A program made the position numbers and the translations under genes. Of a stretch of 64,000 bases of DNA, positions 42,179-58,259 are shown piece by piece. The stretch's first letter is position 1; each line of letters opens with the position of its first letter. The notes under the pieces are model-generated. The model was not told the DNA's origin. It searched no databases and saw nothing but the letters and a program-made list of their open reading frames with translations. This DNA is from Octopus vulgaris (taxonomy: Eukaryota), in NCBI GenBank assembly GCA_951406725.2, contig OX597819.1:97836001-97900000 (forward strand), given 5' to 3'.

Positions 42179-44999
42179 GCCAGAACAACCTGCCATCCTC
42201 TACACACCATCATAAACTGCGAGCAGGGTACAAATTGTTGTCCTTAAATGCTCGCAGTTTATGCAACAAAATACATTTGTTCAACGCCTACGTCAGAAGT
42301 GTTGACCCTGACTTCATCACTGTCACGGAAACATGGGCGCATTCCTTACTCTGTGATGGGGTTTTCAACATTACGGGGTACAACCTCTTCCGTAAGGACC
42401 GCACTAACCGCCGTGGTGGTGGTGTGATGGTCTACGTTCGTTCAAATTTTTTGGTAATTCCTTGTGCCGATTTGAACGAATCACAAGAAGAAGTTTTTTT
42501 CTGTGACGTGCGTATGACCATGTCAACACTCCTGCTTGGCGTTGTTTATCGTCCCCCAAGTTACCATCGGGACACACAGCTTTGCAATGTCCTCCGAGCT
42601 GCTGCCAGGAAAACAGCCACTTATGTGTTTATTGCAGGCGATTTCAATCATCCTGAGATCGATTGGGAGACCTTCCATTGGCCACAGAGTGCAAACGATT
42701 TTGTTGAGCTTGTGCTGGACTCAAACTGGTCACAAGTAGTCACCTCTCCAACAAGAGGCGACAACACCTTGGACCTGCTCTTCACCACAACTCCTGAAGC
42801 AGTTATCAATTGCACTACGGAGGAACCTCTAGGTGACTCTGATCATGCTATGATCATCGCCAATCTGGCTCTTGCGGGCAACAAAAACCTGAACCATCTC
42901 CAATCTGCTTCCTTCGATTGGAAGAGAGCAGATTGGAACCTGTACCACACTGAACTACAGCACCCAAACTGGCGTGAATTCTACAACTCTGGAGATGTGA
43001 ATACTATACTCCAGAGTATCCTGGACTCAATATGGGCAGCATGTGCAGCATCAGTGCCACGTAAACAAAAAAAGAAGAACCGCCCCAAAAGGGCAATTTG
43101 GGAAACTTCAGCGGTCCGACTTGCCAGGAGGGAACGTCGGACTGCTGAACGGGAATACAGGTTGCATAAATCAGACACCAACAGGAAGAAGCGGAATAAA
43201 TCCTCCAACCATCTCAAGCAGGTGACAAAAAAGGCAGTGCTTGAATTTGAACAGTGCATAGCAGCCAATCCTGACAGCAAGGTTTTCTGGAAATATGTGC
43301 ACTCAAAGCAGAGACCTCACTCTCCAGTGGGCCCTCTTCGCAACCCTCACACAAACCAGATCACTGACGACCCCAAGGAATGCGCAGAACTCATTGCCGA
43401 GTGCTATGCAAACATATTCACTGTTGAAAGTCAAAATGTACCATCTTCACCATCACTAACAGCAAACTCCATAACAACTATGGAATTTACACCTGCAATG
43501 CTGCGACGTCACCTTCAAAATAAGCGCAACTATGCCTCCCCTGGTCTCGATGGAGTTACATACCTGCTTCTCAAACGTGGCAGGCACTTCCTTTACACCA
43601 GCTTTCTATTTTCTTCCAGTACTGTCTCAACAATGGTGCTACTCCGGAGCAGTGGAAAACTGCCAGTGTCATTCCTCTGTTCAAAAAGGGCGACCGCACA
43701 TCACCTGTCAACTATCGCCCAGTCAGTCTCACTAGCTGTATTGCAAAACTGATGGAATCGTGTGTCAGAGAAACACTCTGGAACTTCTGGAGCTCTCACA
43801 GTCTCATCCGACCCTCACAATATGGATTTGTCCCTAACTCCAGCTGCAGTGACCAGCTTGTCGAGTTCCTTGAGGACATTACTCAGATTACTGACAGTGG
43901 CTCATGGGTGGATGTTGTCTACCTTGACTTTGCTAAGGCTTTCAACTCTGTGCCACACAAAAGGCTTATGGTGAAACTCTCTGCAATGGGTGTGGGGGAT
44001 GACCTTTTTAACTGGTTGAAATCCTTCATCCTCAGCCGAAAGGAGGTAGTCACAGTTCTAGGACAGCACTCTACACCATATGAGATGTCATCGGGTGTAC
44101 CACAGGGATCTGTCCTTGGTCCCCTCTTGTTTGTGGCATACATTAACGACATAGATGCCAATTTAAAGAATGCCACAGTATTGAAATATGCAGACGACAT
44201 CAAGCTGTACCTTGAAATCAAGAGGACAGATCCTGATGTCTACAACTCTTTCCTGCAATCAGACCTAGACACAATGCAGCAATGGATCACAGACTGGCAA
44301 CTGAAACTGGCTGTGGACAAGTGTACCACCATGCATTTTGGGAGAAAAAACCCTGCGTTCACATACTCCCTCCACAACACTGATATCAAGAAATCCTCTT
44401 GTGAGCGTGACCTAGGCATCACTGTCAGCAGTGATTTGCGTTGGTCAAAGCATATCTCTAAGATTGTCAGGAAGGCCGAGGGTGTCTTGGCATCACTCAG
44501 CAGGTCTTTTGTTAGCCGCTCTCCAGCCATCTATTTAAAACTGTATACAGCTATGGTACGACCACACTTGGAATTCGCATCATCAGTTTGGAACCCCTAT
44601 CTTGCACAGAACATTGACCAACTGGAATCTGTCCAGAGACGTGCAACCAAACGCATACCCTCCATCAGACACCTACCATATTCTGAGCGCCTTGTTTCCC
44701 TGGGCATGGATTCACTGAAGCTCCGGCGTTTGGCGACGGACTTGGTAAACACCCACAAAGTTATCAACCACCTCACCAACAACAACACTGAACACCTTTT
44801 TGATCTCCATGTGTCTAACACACGTGGACATGCCTACAAAGTCAGAAAACAATACAGCTCCCATGACTTTCGGAAACATTTTTTCACGCTCAGAGTTGCT
44901 GAAGCATGGAATAAACTGCCTGCGTCAGTTGTTGACTGCCATGACACTGCATCTTTTAAGGCCCTCATGCTTTCCGAAATCCGCCGAAACTACACCTGA
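42169..44999 (+). CDS. LINE ORF2 (APE endonuclease + reverse transcriptase), one 1-nt frameshift near 43593
   Basis: SLNARSL, TETW, GDFNHP, LDLLF, SDH (APE); NYRPVSLTS after frame correction, YLDFAKAFNSV, GVPQGSVLGP, YADDIKLY (RT). No other stops seen. Confidence 0.9.
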
Positions 45000-45470
45000 T
45001 TATATATACACTTTAGATGAGTTGTAGTGCACCTGAGCACTGTACACAATTATTATTATTATTATACAAACACAACCTACACACACACACACACACACAC
45101 AGACACACGCATCAACCATTTCCATCACCGATATCACCACCATCATCTCAACCAAAACCACCATCATACCAACCCACCGCCTTAATTTATAAAAATTAAG
45201 CCTCGAATTTCGCTGCATAGGGCCCGGTTACTTGAACCGAAACCCCTTGAAAAGAAACTGGTGGTCATGTGTGGCGTGAAGGTGACGGGCTGGATTGACC
45301 ACTGATTGTCTATTGAGAAGAGAACGTGGTACAATTCCGGCCAACTGAAGTGTATGGGTGGTGTAGGCTGGAGGAAGGTGGGAATAAGATTTACAAGTGG
45401 CGATGTTGATGGAGGTGGTCAGAGAAGTGATATATATGCCCCCAACCCCATCTCCTTGTATTTAACCGAA

Positions 45471-45503
<33 letters not shown>

Positions 45504-45753
45504 GAGGGAGGGAGAGGGAGAGAGAGAGAAGGAGAGTGAGCGACGTAGCTAATGATGATAATGATGATGATGGGAATGTGAAGAAGAGCGAGGGAAGAGG
45601 GCAAGGTGTTTGAGGAGGTTGTGACGGGGGTTTGGGTGATATACAGGTGATTAACTTCTAAGGTAAGAGAGATCGTTGGTTGTCCTCTCCCACATCAAAG
45701 GTGCCGACTGACCACTCTACGGACGGCTGTCACTGCACGCACGCACACACACA

Positions 45754-45790
<37 letters not shown>

Positions 45791-46033
45791 GTCTTTAGGC
45801 TACACATACGCTACACTACTTCACCCGCAAGGTGCCAAAAGAATGTGTGCGTGTGCGTATCTGTGTATGTGTGAGTGTGTATGTGTAAATATATCCAACA
45901 ATCTATCTGTCTATCTATGTGTATGTGTGTGTGCATATGTATATATATATGTACACATACATATACATATACATACACACACATACATACATACAGACAC
46001 ACATACACTACTCATATGACACTACTACTACTG

Positions 46034-46101
<68 letters not shown>

Positions 46102-46589
46102 GGACAGCACACAAGCACACTCACGCGCATAGCACAGGCATACACTCACCCCAGGTAGCACATAACATGAATCAGTTTGTCGGCAAGTGACTGCCGTGCG
46201 CTGTACTTGAACTAATGCTATTTAGATTATAGACCTTTACTTTACATCTGATACCACAATGGTATGAGGGTGTCTAACAATAGCTGAATAGGAGCGATCG
46301 AGCTGACTACTGCCGCCTGTGGTACTGCTACTTCAACTGGAAGCTATTTAAAGTAAGCCGTTCTAATTTGCAGCAGAGTTTAACAATGACATATATACAA
46401 GTGATGGCTATTTACAGCTGGATCAATAGCCAACAATTACTAGTTTAACGCCGTAACACCTTCATCTCTCCAACTGATTAGTTTTCTTTAATAACTTCAC
46501 AATACTTACTGATGTCTTCTTTTCTTACTGTCCTTATGGCTTTATAATCTCTGTCGGACTGAATATATCTTCTGGTATATAGTTACGTT

Positions 46590-46950
46590 TCTTTAGGTCC
46601 TGAGTTCAAATCTCGCTGAGAACGGCCTTTACGTTTCATTCTTCCGAAGGTCAATAAAATAAAGTGCAGGTCAGATACTGAGGTCGATATAGTCGACAAA
46701 CCTCCACCGCCGAATTTCTGACCTTGTCTCTTCTTAGACTTTAGGATTGGCAGAAATCGTTAGAGGTGTCTGAAAAAATGTCTTGTACTTCATCCGTCTT
46801 TACGTTCTGAGTTCAAATTCCACCGAGATTGACTTTACCTTTCATCCTTTTCGGGTCGATAAAATAAGTACCAGTCGAGCACTTGGGTCGATGTAACCAA
46901 CGAAATTACTTTCAACGAAATTACTGGCGTTGTGCTAAAATTTGAAACAT
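46590..46950 (+). mobile_element. Two SINE family B copies
   Basis: GAGTTCAAAT..CTTTCATCC core occurs twice. Confidence 0.65.
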
Positions 46951-47085
46951 GATCTCTTACGCTTGATTCCTATGCAATACATTTTGTCGATTTTTTTTCC
47001 AAATATTGGATTATTAATTATATATCATTCAGAATGGAATTACTAAACAGAGAAGGGAGGAGCATGTTTTCATAATTTTTTTTTT

Positions 47086-47259
47086 CAGTTGTCTTTTAAT
47101 AACATTTTGAAAACTTTTGTTAACCAACGTTCAAGACAAAATAACAAAATCAGTTGCCCTGAAAATATTTATCTCTTTCTCTCTCTCTCACACACACACA
47201 CAAACACACACACGTATGCACGCGCGCGCATACATGTGTATGTATATATGTGTGTGTGG

Positions 47260-47320
<61 letters not shown>

Positions 47321-47432
47321 TGATATTTTCTGGGCAACTGATTTTGTTTGTTTGGAAGAGGTAGAATGTCTGGCCGATATTTTGTATTGAACGTTGATTA
47401 ACAAAAGTTCTCAAGATGTTATGAAAAGGCAA

Positions 47433-47436
<4 letters not shown>
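47086..47436. mobile_element. Foldback MITE with ~80-bp inverted arms around a (CA)n/(TG)n core
   Basis: TCAGTTGTCTTTTAATAACATTTTGAAAACTTTTGTTAACCAACGTTCAA.. pairs with ..TTGAACGTTGATTAACAAAAGTTCTCAAGATGTTATGAAAAGGCAACTGA. Confidence 0.75.
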
Positions 47437-47495
<59 letters not shown>

Positions 47496-48045
47496 CTGAT
47501 GCAGTACCAGGCAGTGGCTCTCATGGCTTCTGATCTTAACTGATTGGAAGTGTTATCATGTACATTGTTTTGTCTTGGTATAAAAGATGGGCTACAGCAA
47601 ATATTCTGCTCAATACCACAGATTTGCTTGTCAGTTGTTTGACTTTAACCAGTTGAGCATGTCCCTTAGTGGCTGATGATATGTGCATCTCTGATCACGA
47701 GCAGAAGTAGTGGGGGAGCATCATAGCCGTGTGTTGAGAGGGATTCTTTGGGGTTTGAATAATTCACCTCTGGAAACATGGGTGGTTCTTTCAACATCCT
47801 TAAACAACCCTTATTCAGGGACCTTTTGAGCGGGATGGGCTACTCAACCTGAAGAAAATTCTAACTGGGCCCCACCTGCAAGGTCATGTGCTGTTTATCT
47901 TGATATGAGATCACCATGTCGCGCACATATGGCTGTGATGCATGTGCCTGGTGTACCCTTATCAGACGGGTAGTCATGATGGGTATATTGGGCTTCGTAT
48001 ATTTTACCCAGTGTCACTTTGATGGCATGCACTGCTCTCTCACTC
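47496..48045 (+). mobile_element. ~550-bp non-coding insertion inside an (AAT)n tract
   Basis: Unique block flanked by long (AAT)n on both sides, with no ORF. Probably a non-autonomous partner or 3' UTR of a TAA-targeting LINE (inference). Confidence 0.55.
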
Positions 48046-48116
<71 letters not shown>

Positions 48117-48121
48117 TAATA

Positions 48122-48238
<117 letters not shown>

Positions 48239-48306
48239 GTTGTCTACACACACACACACCTACTGTTCTCTCCTTATGTACACATAAAGGATACACACAC
48301 AAACAC

Positions 48307-48355
<49 letters not shown>

Positions 48356-49460
48356 TGGACAAAAAGGTAATAGTGAAAAAATCACTGACATTCCAGAAGT
48401 AAAAATAACATTGTTTCTGCTGTTTTTAACAGAAATGCGTATAAGTTTGGTTAATGATTCATTTAGTAACTTCAACAGCAACGAACCATTGCACATCTTC
48501 AGCAAACGTTTTCGATTGTAACCTTGAATTGACCAAAGTGGGAAAGAAGATAGTATCGCTCTGTTTATGAGTGATTGACTTAATCTGTGACCCTGTTTAA
48601 CACCAATTCTTGGACCCTGATTTTAAAAGAATTCGCTCTATTATAATCATTCGAGCTTGGTCTCTATATTGAAGATAACTTCCTTACTTCTTGCCCCCAG
48701 AGGCCCTTAAAAGGATTATGATGTTGCCCTTTCATCTCTGACTAAGCCATAAATAGGCTACGTCCTTTAACGTTCTGACTTCAACCTCTGTCAGAGTCCA
48801 CTTTGTCTACTATCCTTCCAAGGTCGATGAAATAAAACACCAAGTCAAGTAGCGGGTCCGATTCAATCAGCAATACCCTATTCCAGTATTTGTGACTTCA
48901 TTGTTGTTTTTGTGGTGATGGTGATGGATGGCAGATTTGGCAAAGCGTCGGCCAAAGATTTCTGTCATTTAGTTTTGCTTCTCTGCGTTGTAAGTTCAAA
49001 TCCTACAACTATCAAACTTGATTGCCGTCCTTCTGGATTTGATAAAACAATTACCCGCCAACTATCAGGGTTGATATAATAAAAGCTACGTCTTTCACAT
49101 ATTTTCCTAACTGGAGTGGATGGCCGAATCGTAAGAGCGTCGAACAAGTTGCTGATTGATACTTAATAACAGACCTTCCCATTCACATCTCAAATCACAC
49201 AGGGAACGATTTTGCCTTTCATCCCTCAGGGGACGATGTAACTGACTAAACACTGCCTCCCAAAATTTGTGGCCTTGTGCCTAAATTAGAGACAATTTTT
49301 AGAAGTTGCTCGACTGATAGCATCGGTAGGTCAACAGACAAAATGCCCTCTGGTATTTGATTACGGCCTTTTATAATTTGAGTTCATATCACACATTGTT
49401 GGTGGATGAAAATACATACATACATACATACATACATACATACATACATACATACATACA

Positions 49461-49492
<32 letters not shown>

Positions 49493-50899
49493 AAATTCAA
49501 ATTACGATGAACATAAACAAACAAACGAAGTTTGCTTTAGAAACGTTGAGATGTCTTAGAAAATTAAAGAACTGATTTTAAATTCTCAAACGCAGGATGA
49601 TGCTAATAAGGCTGAACAGGATAAGATATCCCTATTTTGCAGAAAAAGTGTTGGCGGCGGAATCGATAAAATAGGCAACAATCATGTACTAATCTTGATT
49701 AAATCGACCGTCATCCTATTATAAAGTATGTAGGCTTTTGTATTTTATAAGAAATAAATTATATTTTGTGAGAGGGGTATATTTTTGATTCCCGAAATGG
49801 AAAGTATATTTCAACAGGAACCTCCATAAATAATAACAAATTATTAATCCATTAATCACATGCATGGTCACATTAGAAATTTATATATACATATATATAG
49901 TATATGGGAAGACATATTGTTAATTGTTATCGATGGCAAAGAGATATTTGATCAAAGCTGCGTTGGTGGAGAGAATGGGAGCTGATTCTGAAAATCTTTT
50001 GTGTATTGTAACATTTGCACACATAACAACAACGTTTCCTACATTAACAGCAACTTCAACAATAGTATCATGAACAATAATCTCAATGCTGAAAACAGGA
50101 ACGATACTAATAATGCAGACACCTGTGATAATAGCTGTAACAATAATAGTGACAGCTGTGGTATTGGTGATTCACTAGTGACAAAATAACAACAATAATA
50201 ACCACAAGAACAACAGCGGTTATGAAAAGGATGGCATCGAAAGAGAGAGAGAGGGGGAGAGAGAGAAGAAATAGGAGCAAGCTTACCATCTGCAAACACT
50301 ATGTTCTTTTCTCAACAAAATGGCCGAAATGTGTGAGACGTACAGCAATCAGCAGAAAGCAAAGAATATTACTTCCAAAATACAAGATGAAGAAATAGGA
50401 AAACAGGCGGCCGTGTTTGAATATATTTCTAAGAAGACAAGGTCTTCTGAGAAACAGCATAGGAGAGTTTTGAGAACATTAATAAAGAAATAAGGTCACT
50501 CGCAATCACACGACAAAGAGTGGCTCTGGTAGGTTAATGGATGTCACGTGTCATTTGTGGAACAGTCGAGATAAAATATCTTCGTGGACCAAAAGTTCAC
50601 GCCAATGTTGCCTAATAGAGATGAAAGATTTTCGAAGTTCTGAGCAATGACAATACCATTAATATGAAACTTTGGAATACCGTCGCCTGTATAAGACATT
50701 TTTGAGAAGCCTGAACATATACCAGGACATTACATATCTTTCCCATATATATAAAACTTTTCCCAAATGAACTTGCACTTCGTTTTAGAAGGTTCGAAAG
50801 AAGCTATAAAGTGATGCGCAAGCACTTGGCTCTGTGTGCACTGTCTCTTGTAGCAGAAACAGCTGTTAGCTAATGAAGTTCATTACATAATTTCCTTTT

Positions 50900-52480
<1,581 letters not shown>

Positions 52481-53255
52481 CTATACAACCAAAACACATG
52501 TTAACTCCAGTTATATAGCGATTAATGGTTACCACGATTGTAAAAGTTTCCAATTGTCTTTTTGACAATATACCAGAAGTCATAGTCAACTGAGTTTGGC
52601 ACTAACCGCTGAGAATACCTCGAATGTCTTACATAATGTGCGAAAATCTGTCGAAAGGTCTTGTTACGTGTTCTCGGATGATACACTTAGCCTGTCGCCC
52701 TATTTAACACTACAACTTGTTCCCTATTACATTTAGTATGGGTTATCTCGTTGCAAGTACTTGTATAGGATAATTTCTCTTATACTCCTACAAATAATAG
52801 AGGCCTTGGAAATGGCCATAAAAACGATACCTAACCGTGTTGCGGATTTTGTTTAGTCCCTGATCAAGCCAGCAAACCTATAATTAAACATATTCAAACT
52901 GTGACCTTCCCGTCTTATTAACCACATAGTTTACATAGAACTGCATTATCCAATGTTTCTTATGCATTTTAAAGACCGTTAGGAAGAGATTTAAAGTGCT
53001 ATTTCTAATAAATAATCTAAATCAGCTTCGAAGAGAGAGACCTATAACCGTAGGGACTCCAGCCATGACTCTCCCAGATTATATTCCAGATAGTACTTGG
53101 CACTACATTTTCGAATGCAACTTTTCTTTAGTAAGACATTAGCGTGTGATTTGAAGGAGTTTTGACAATTGTTTTGGCAGATGTATTGGCCACAATGGTG
53201 TCCCGTCGATAACGTTCATTATAGAGGTGGTAGTGGTGATGATGGTAGTGGTGGT

Positions 53256-54010
53256 GGATCGTTGTAGTTTTCGTCAATTTTGTTCCAATTGTTTTCAAAT
53301 TTGGTATATAGATTAAGTTTTGTATACCAATTATGAATATGAAATTCATTTTCAATATAAATCCATAATTAAAAAGTTATTAGCCTTTAAAATTTTCAAA
53401 ACTTGGGTATTTTAGTCAATCAGAGGGGAGTATTTTACACACCACCGTGACGAAAAACTTTGTTTTCATCGAAACCAAAGATGGTGCACGTGCGCACAAG
53501 GAGGAGAAGGAGATATGAGAATGATAATCCTCTATTATAATAAGTCTTGCGTTTTTCTTCGTCACAATATATGAATGAGAAAGGAAGGGATGGTAGATGA
53601 ATATGGAAGAAAGGGGTGATGGCAAACTGGTAGTGGAAGCGTTTCAACTCTATGTGAGTATATGTGTGTGTATGTAAAAGGGAGGCATGTGAATGTTTGT
53701 GTGTGTGTGTGTGTGGGGGGGGGGTGATGGTGAGCATTCAATGCTGAAAAGGAAAATTTTGTTCCAGTTGTTTTCAAATTTTGGTATATGGATTAAGTTT
53801 TATATATTAATTATGAAAATGATATTCTTTTCTCATATAAATCCATAATTTAAAGGTTGTTAGCCTTTAAAATATGCAAAATTTGAGTATTTAGCCAATC
53901 AGAAGCAAGTCTTTTAGACATCACCGTGTTTCTATAGTAATCAAAGCAAAGAAGCACCACGTGTTCCATAGCTGATTGCGAAGAACTCTGTTTCCATAGT
54001 AACCGAAGAT
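53256..54010. mobile_element. Two tandem copies of the 26590-type MITE body
   Basis: AATTTTGTTCCA(A/G)TTGTTTTCAAATTT..AATCAGA occurs at 53276 and 53755. Confidence 0.6.
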
Positions 54011-54194
54011 TCTGCGCATGCGCACAAGTAGTGTAACCACCACTTGTTCTACAACAGATGGAACGCACTCTCAACAATTTTAGGTTAATGTTTTGACATG
54101 CTGATGCCCCCCCCCCCCCCCAACGCCTGACGATAGACGAAGCAGTGAATGCGCTATTTTCTGAATGGCTGAAAATTCTGAAAATTGTCAAACT

Positions 54195-54557
54195 AGGCGC
54201 ATGAGTGGCTGTGTGGTGAATAGCTTGCTTACCAACCACATGGTTCCGGGTTCAGTCCCACTGCGTGGCACCTTGGGGAAGTCTCTTCTACTATAGCCTC
54301 GGGCCGATCAAAGCCTTGTGAGTGAATTTGGTAGACGGAAACTGAAAAAGCCCGTCGTATTACTCTCTTTTACTCTTTTACTTGTTTCAGTCATTTGACT
54401 GCGGCCATGCTGGAGCAACGCCTTTACTCGAGCAACTCGACCCCGGGACTTATTCTTTTGTAAGCCCAGTACTTATTCTATCGAACTGCTAAGTAACGGG
54501 GACATAACTCACCAGCATCGGTTGTCAAGCAATGCTAGGGGGACAAACACAGACACA

Positions 54558-54637
<80 letters not shown>

Positions 54638-54819
54638 CATATATACGACGGGCTTCTTTCAGTTTCCGTCGACGAAATCCACTCACAAGGCTTTGGTCGG
54701 CCCGATGCTATAGTACAAGATACTTGTCCAAGGTGCCACGCAGCGGGACTGAACCCGGAACCATGTGGCTGGTAAACAAGCTACTTACCACACAGCCACT
54801 CCTGCGCCTATATATATAT

Positions 54820-54851
<32 letters not shown>

Positions 54852-55052
54852 TTTTTGTGTATTTGTGTTTGTCCCCTCAACATCGCTTGACAACAGATGC
54901 TGGTGTGTTTAGGTCCCCGTAAACTAGCGGTCCGGCAAAAGAGACCGATAGAATAAGTACTAGGCTTACAAAGAATAAGTCTTGGGGTCGATTTGATTCG
55001 ACTAAAGACGGTGCTCCAGCATGGCCGCAGTAAAATGACTGAAACAAGTAAA
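54195..55052. mobile_element. SINE A (+) interrupted by a full SINE A (-) copy
   Basis: (+) head at 54195-54360, (-) full copy at 54361-54809, (+) remainder at 54810-55052. Confidence 0.85.
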
Positions 55053-55389
55053 AAAAAAAACTTTGAACACTTGTTGAACATTAAAAGATCTTTTTTTCTG
55101 GAATAAATAAATAACAAATTCAGATTCAGCGTCAAAAATTACATCAATATGATGTATTAAAAAATTTTTTTAAAGATAATTGTAAACAGTGACGAAAGTC
55201 ACAAAGATCCAAATATCCCACAGGAACAACAATGAAGATATTTCTTATACCTCTTCACACTATAGTCAATAGGAGGGAACCTCAGTGTGGTCGCTCGAAC
55301 TGCTAGAAATAGCGAAAAATCTTCTTTAAACCCTTGCAAAAAAGAAAAAGAGTTCATTGTATAATATCGTATAGAGTACACTATATATG

Positions 55390-55680
55390 TTTCGATTCCC
55401 AGACAAGGCGTTGTGAGTGTTTATTGAACGAAAACACATAGAGCTCCACTAGGCTCCGGTGGTGGTGGTGGTGAACCCTGCTGTACTCTTTTATCCCAAC
55501 ATTCATTCTTTCTTCCTGTTTTTGTACCTGTATTTCAAAGGGTTAGCCTTGTCACGTTGAATCTACGCTAAAGGTACACGTGTCTGTGGAGTGCTCAGCC
55601 AGTTGCACGTTAATTTCATAAGCAGACTGTTCCGTTGATCGGATCAACTGGAACCCACGTCGTCGTAACCGACGGAGTGC
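55390..55680 (+). mobile_element. SINE family C copy
   Basis: Shares its head region with 57953 and its 3' region with 19250-19430. Confidence 0.65.
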
Positions 55681-55721
55681 TACAATATATATATTATATA
55701 TGGTGCCACGCTATATATCTA

Positions 55722-55792
<71 letters not shown>

Positions 55793-55822
55793 ATATCTAT
55801 CTGTCTATATATATATATATAT

Positions 55823-55888
<66 letters not shown>

Positions 55889-55954
55889 ATAGTATTGATC
55901 ATACAACTGTTTGGCCATGGACTACCTACCTATATATATATATATATATATATA

Positions 55955-57195
<1,241 letters not shown>

Positions 57196-57204
57196 TAAAT
57201 ATAA

Positions 57205-57249
<45 letters not shown>

Positions 57250-57252
57250 TAA

Positions 57253-57287
<35 letters not shown>

Positions 57288-57952
57288 AAAGCCACTAAAG
57301 CTTTTTTTTTGCTCTCGAACGCTAGCCACTAAAGCTTTTTTTAATTCTCTGTTTATTATCTCGTGTTCCTTTCTGTTGAAGAGCGTAGGCTCGAAACGTA
57401 AAAGACTTTCTCACCTTCCCGAGCGTTAAACTAATACACCTGTTTGTTGTTTATACACCTGTCTTAGTCTTTTGTTTGTTTGTAAATTCCAACTAGATTT
57501 ATATATATATAATATTTTGTTTAGGCATTGCTAGACTAACAACCTGGTGTAGTACTCAATATACATATGTTTCAGAAAGGAGTGTTAGCCGAGTATAGAG
57601 CAGTAATGAGAAAAAAGAAATGACAAAGGATTAAATTATTATCGTATTAAACTCATTAGCTGACAGCTGATTTGGCAATAAGATGCATTGGACCTATAGT
57701 GGAGTGCCTGAATAACACCTTATAGTTTCACCGTAGCAGCGAATATGAAGTACAATTTATTTAGGAAAGAATTTGTAATTCTTTCCCAGGCTCCGATGAA
57801 GCTATAATGTATTATTCAATCTCTCGACTATGAGTCCACTGCATCTAATAGCAGAAACAGCTGTAAGCTAATGAAGTTCATAAGATAGTCATTTATTCCT
57901 TTGTCCTCACATTCTTTCATAAATATATATGTGTGTGTGTGTGTGTGTGTCT

Positions 57953-58243
57953 GGAGGCGCATTGGCTCAGTGGTTAGGGTAGCGGACTCGCGATCGTAGG
58001 ATCGCGGTTTCGATTCCCAGACCAGGCGTTGTGAGTGTTTATTGAGCGAAAACACATAAAGTTCCACGAGGTGATCCCTGCTGTACTCTTTCGCTACAAC
58101 TTTCTCTCACTCTTTCTTCAGTCGGCCTGCTCGCTTAGCCAGCGGGGTGGCGTCATTTGAAGGCTAAAACAATGCGAAGCGCATTGTGACCAGCGATGTG
58201 TAACAGCATCTGATAGCCTGGTCGGTCACGGTGATCACGGTGA
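57953..58243 (+). mobile_element. SINE family C copy with well-preserved tRNA-like head
   Basis: GGAGGCGCATTGGCTCAGTGGTTAGGG..GGTTTCGATTCCC with A and B boxes, continuing into a non-tRNA body. Confidence 0.75.
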
Positions 58244-58259
58244 TATATATATATATAGT

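Larger units (their letters stand above)
41000..45068 (+). mobile_element. Near full-length CR1-group LINE
   Basis: Two ORFs, APE + RT domains, a short 3' UTR and an (ATT)n tail. GC content is clearly higher than the flanks. The 5' UTR boundary and TSD were not resolved. Confidence 0.92.

Noticed and set aside
57953-58030. tRNA-like sequence with A and B boxes
   Set aside because: No proper acceptor stem, and it continues into a repeat body found elsewhere in the window. It is a SINE head, not a tRNA gene.
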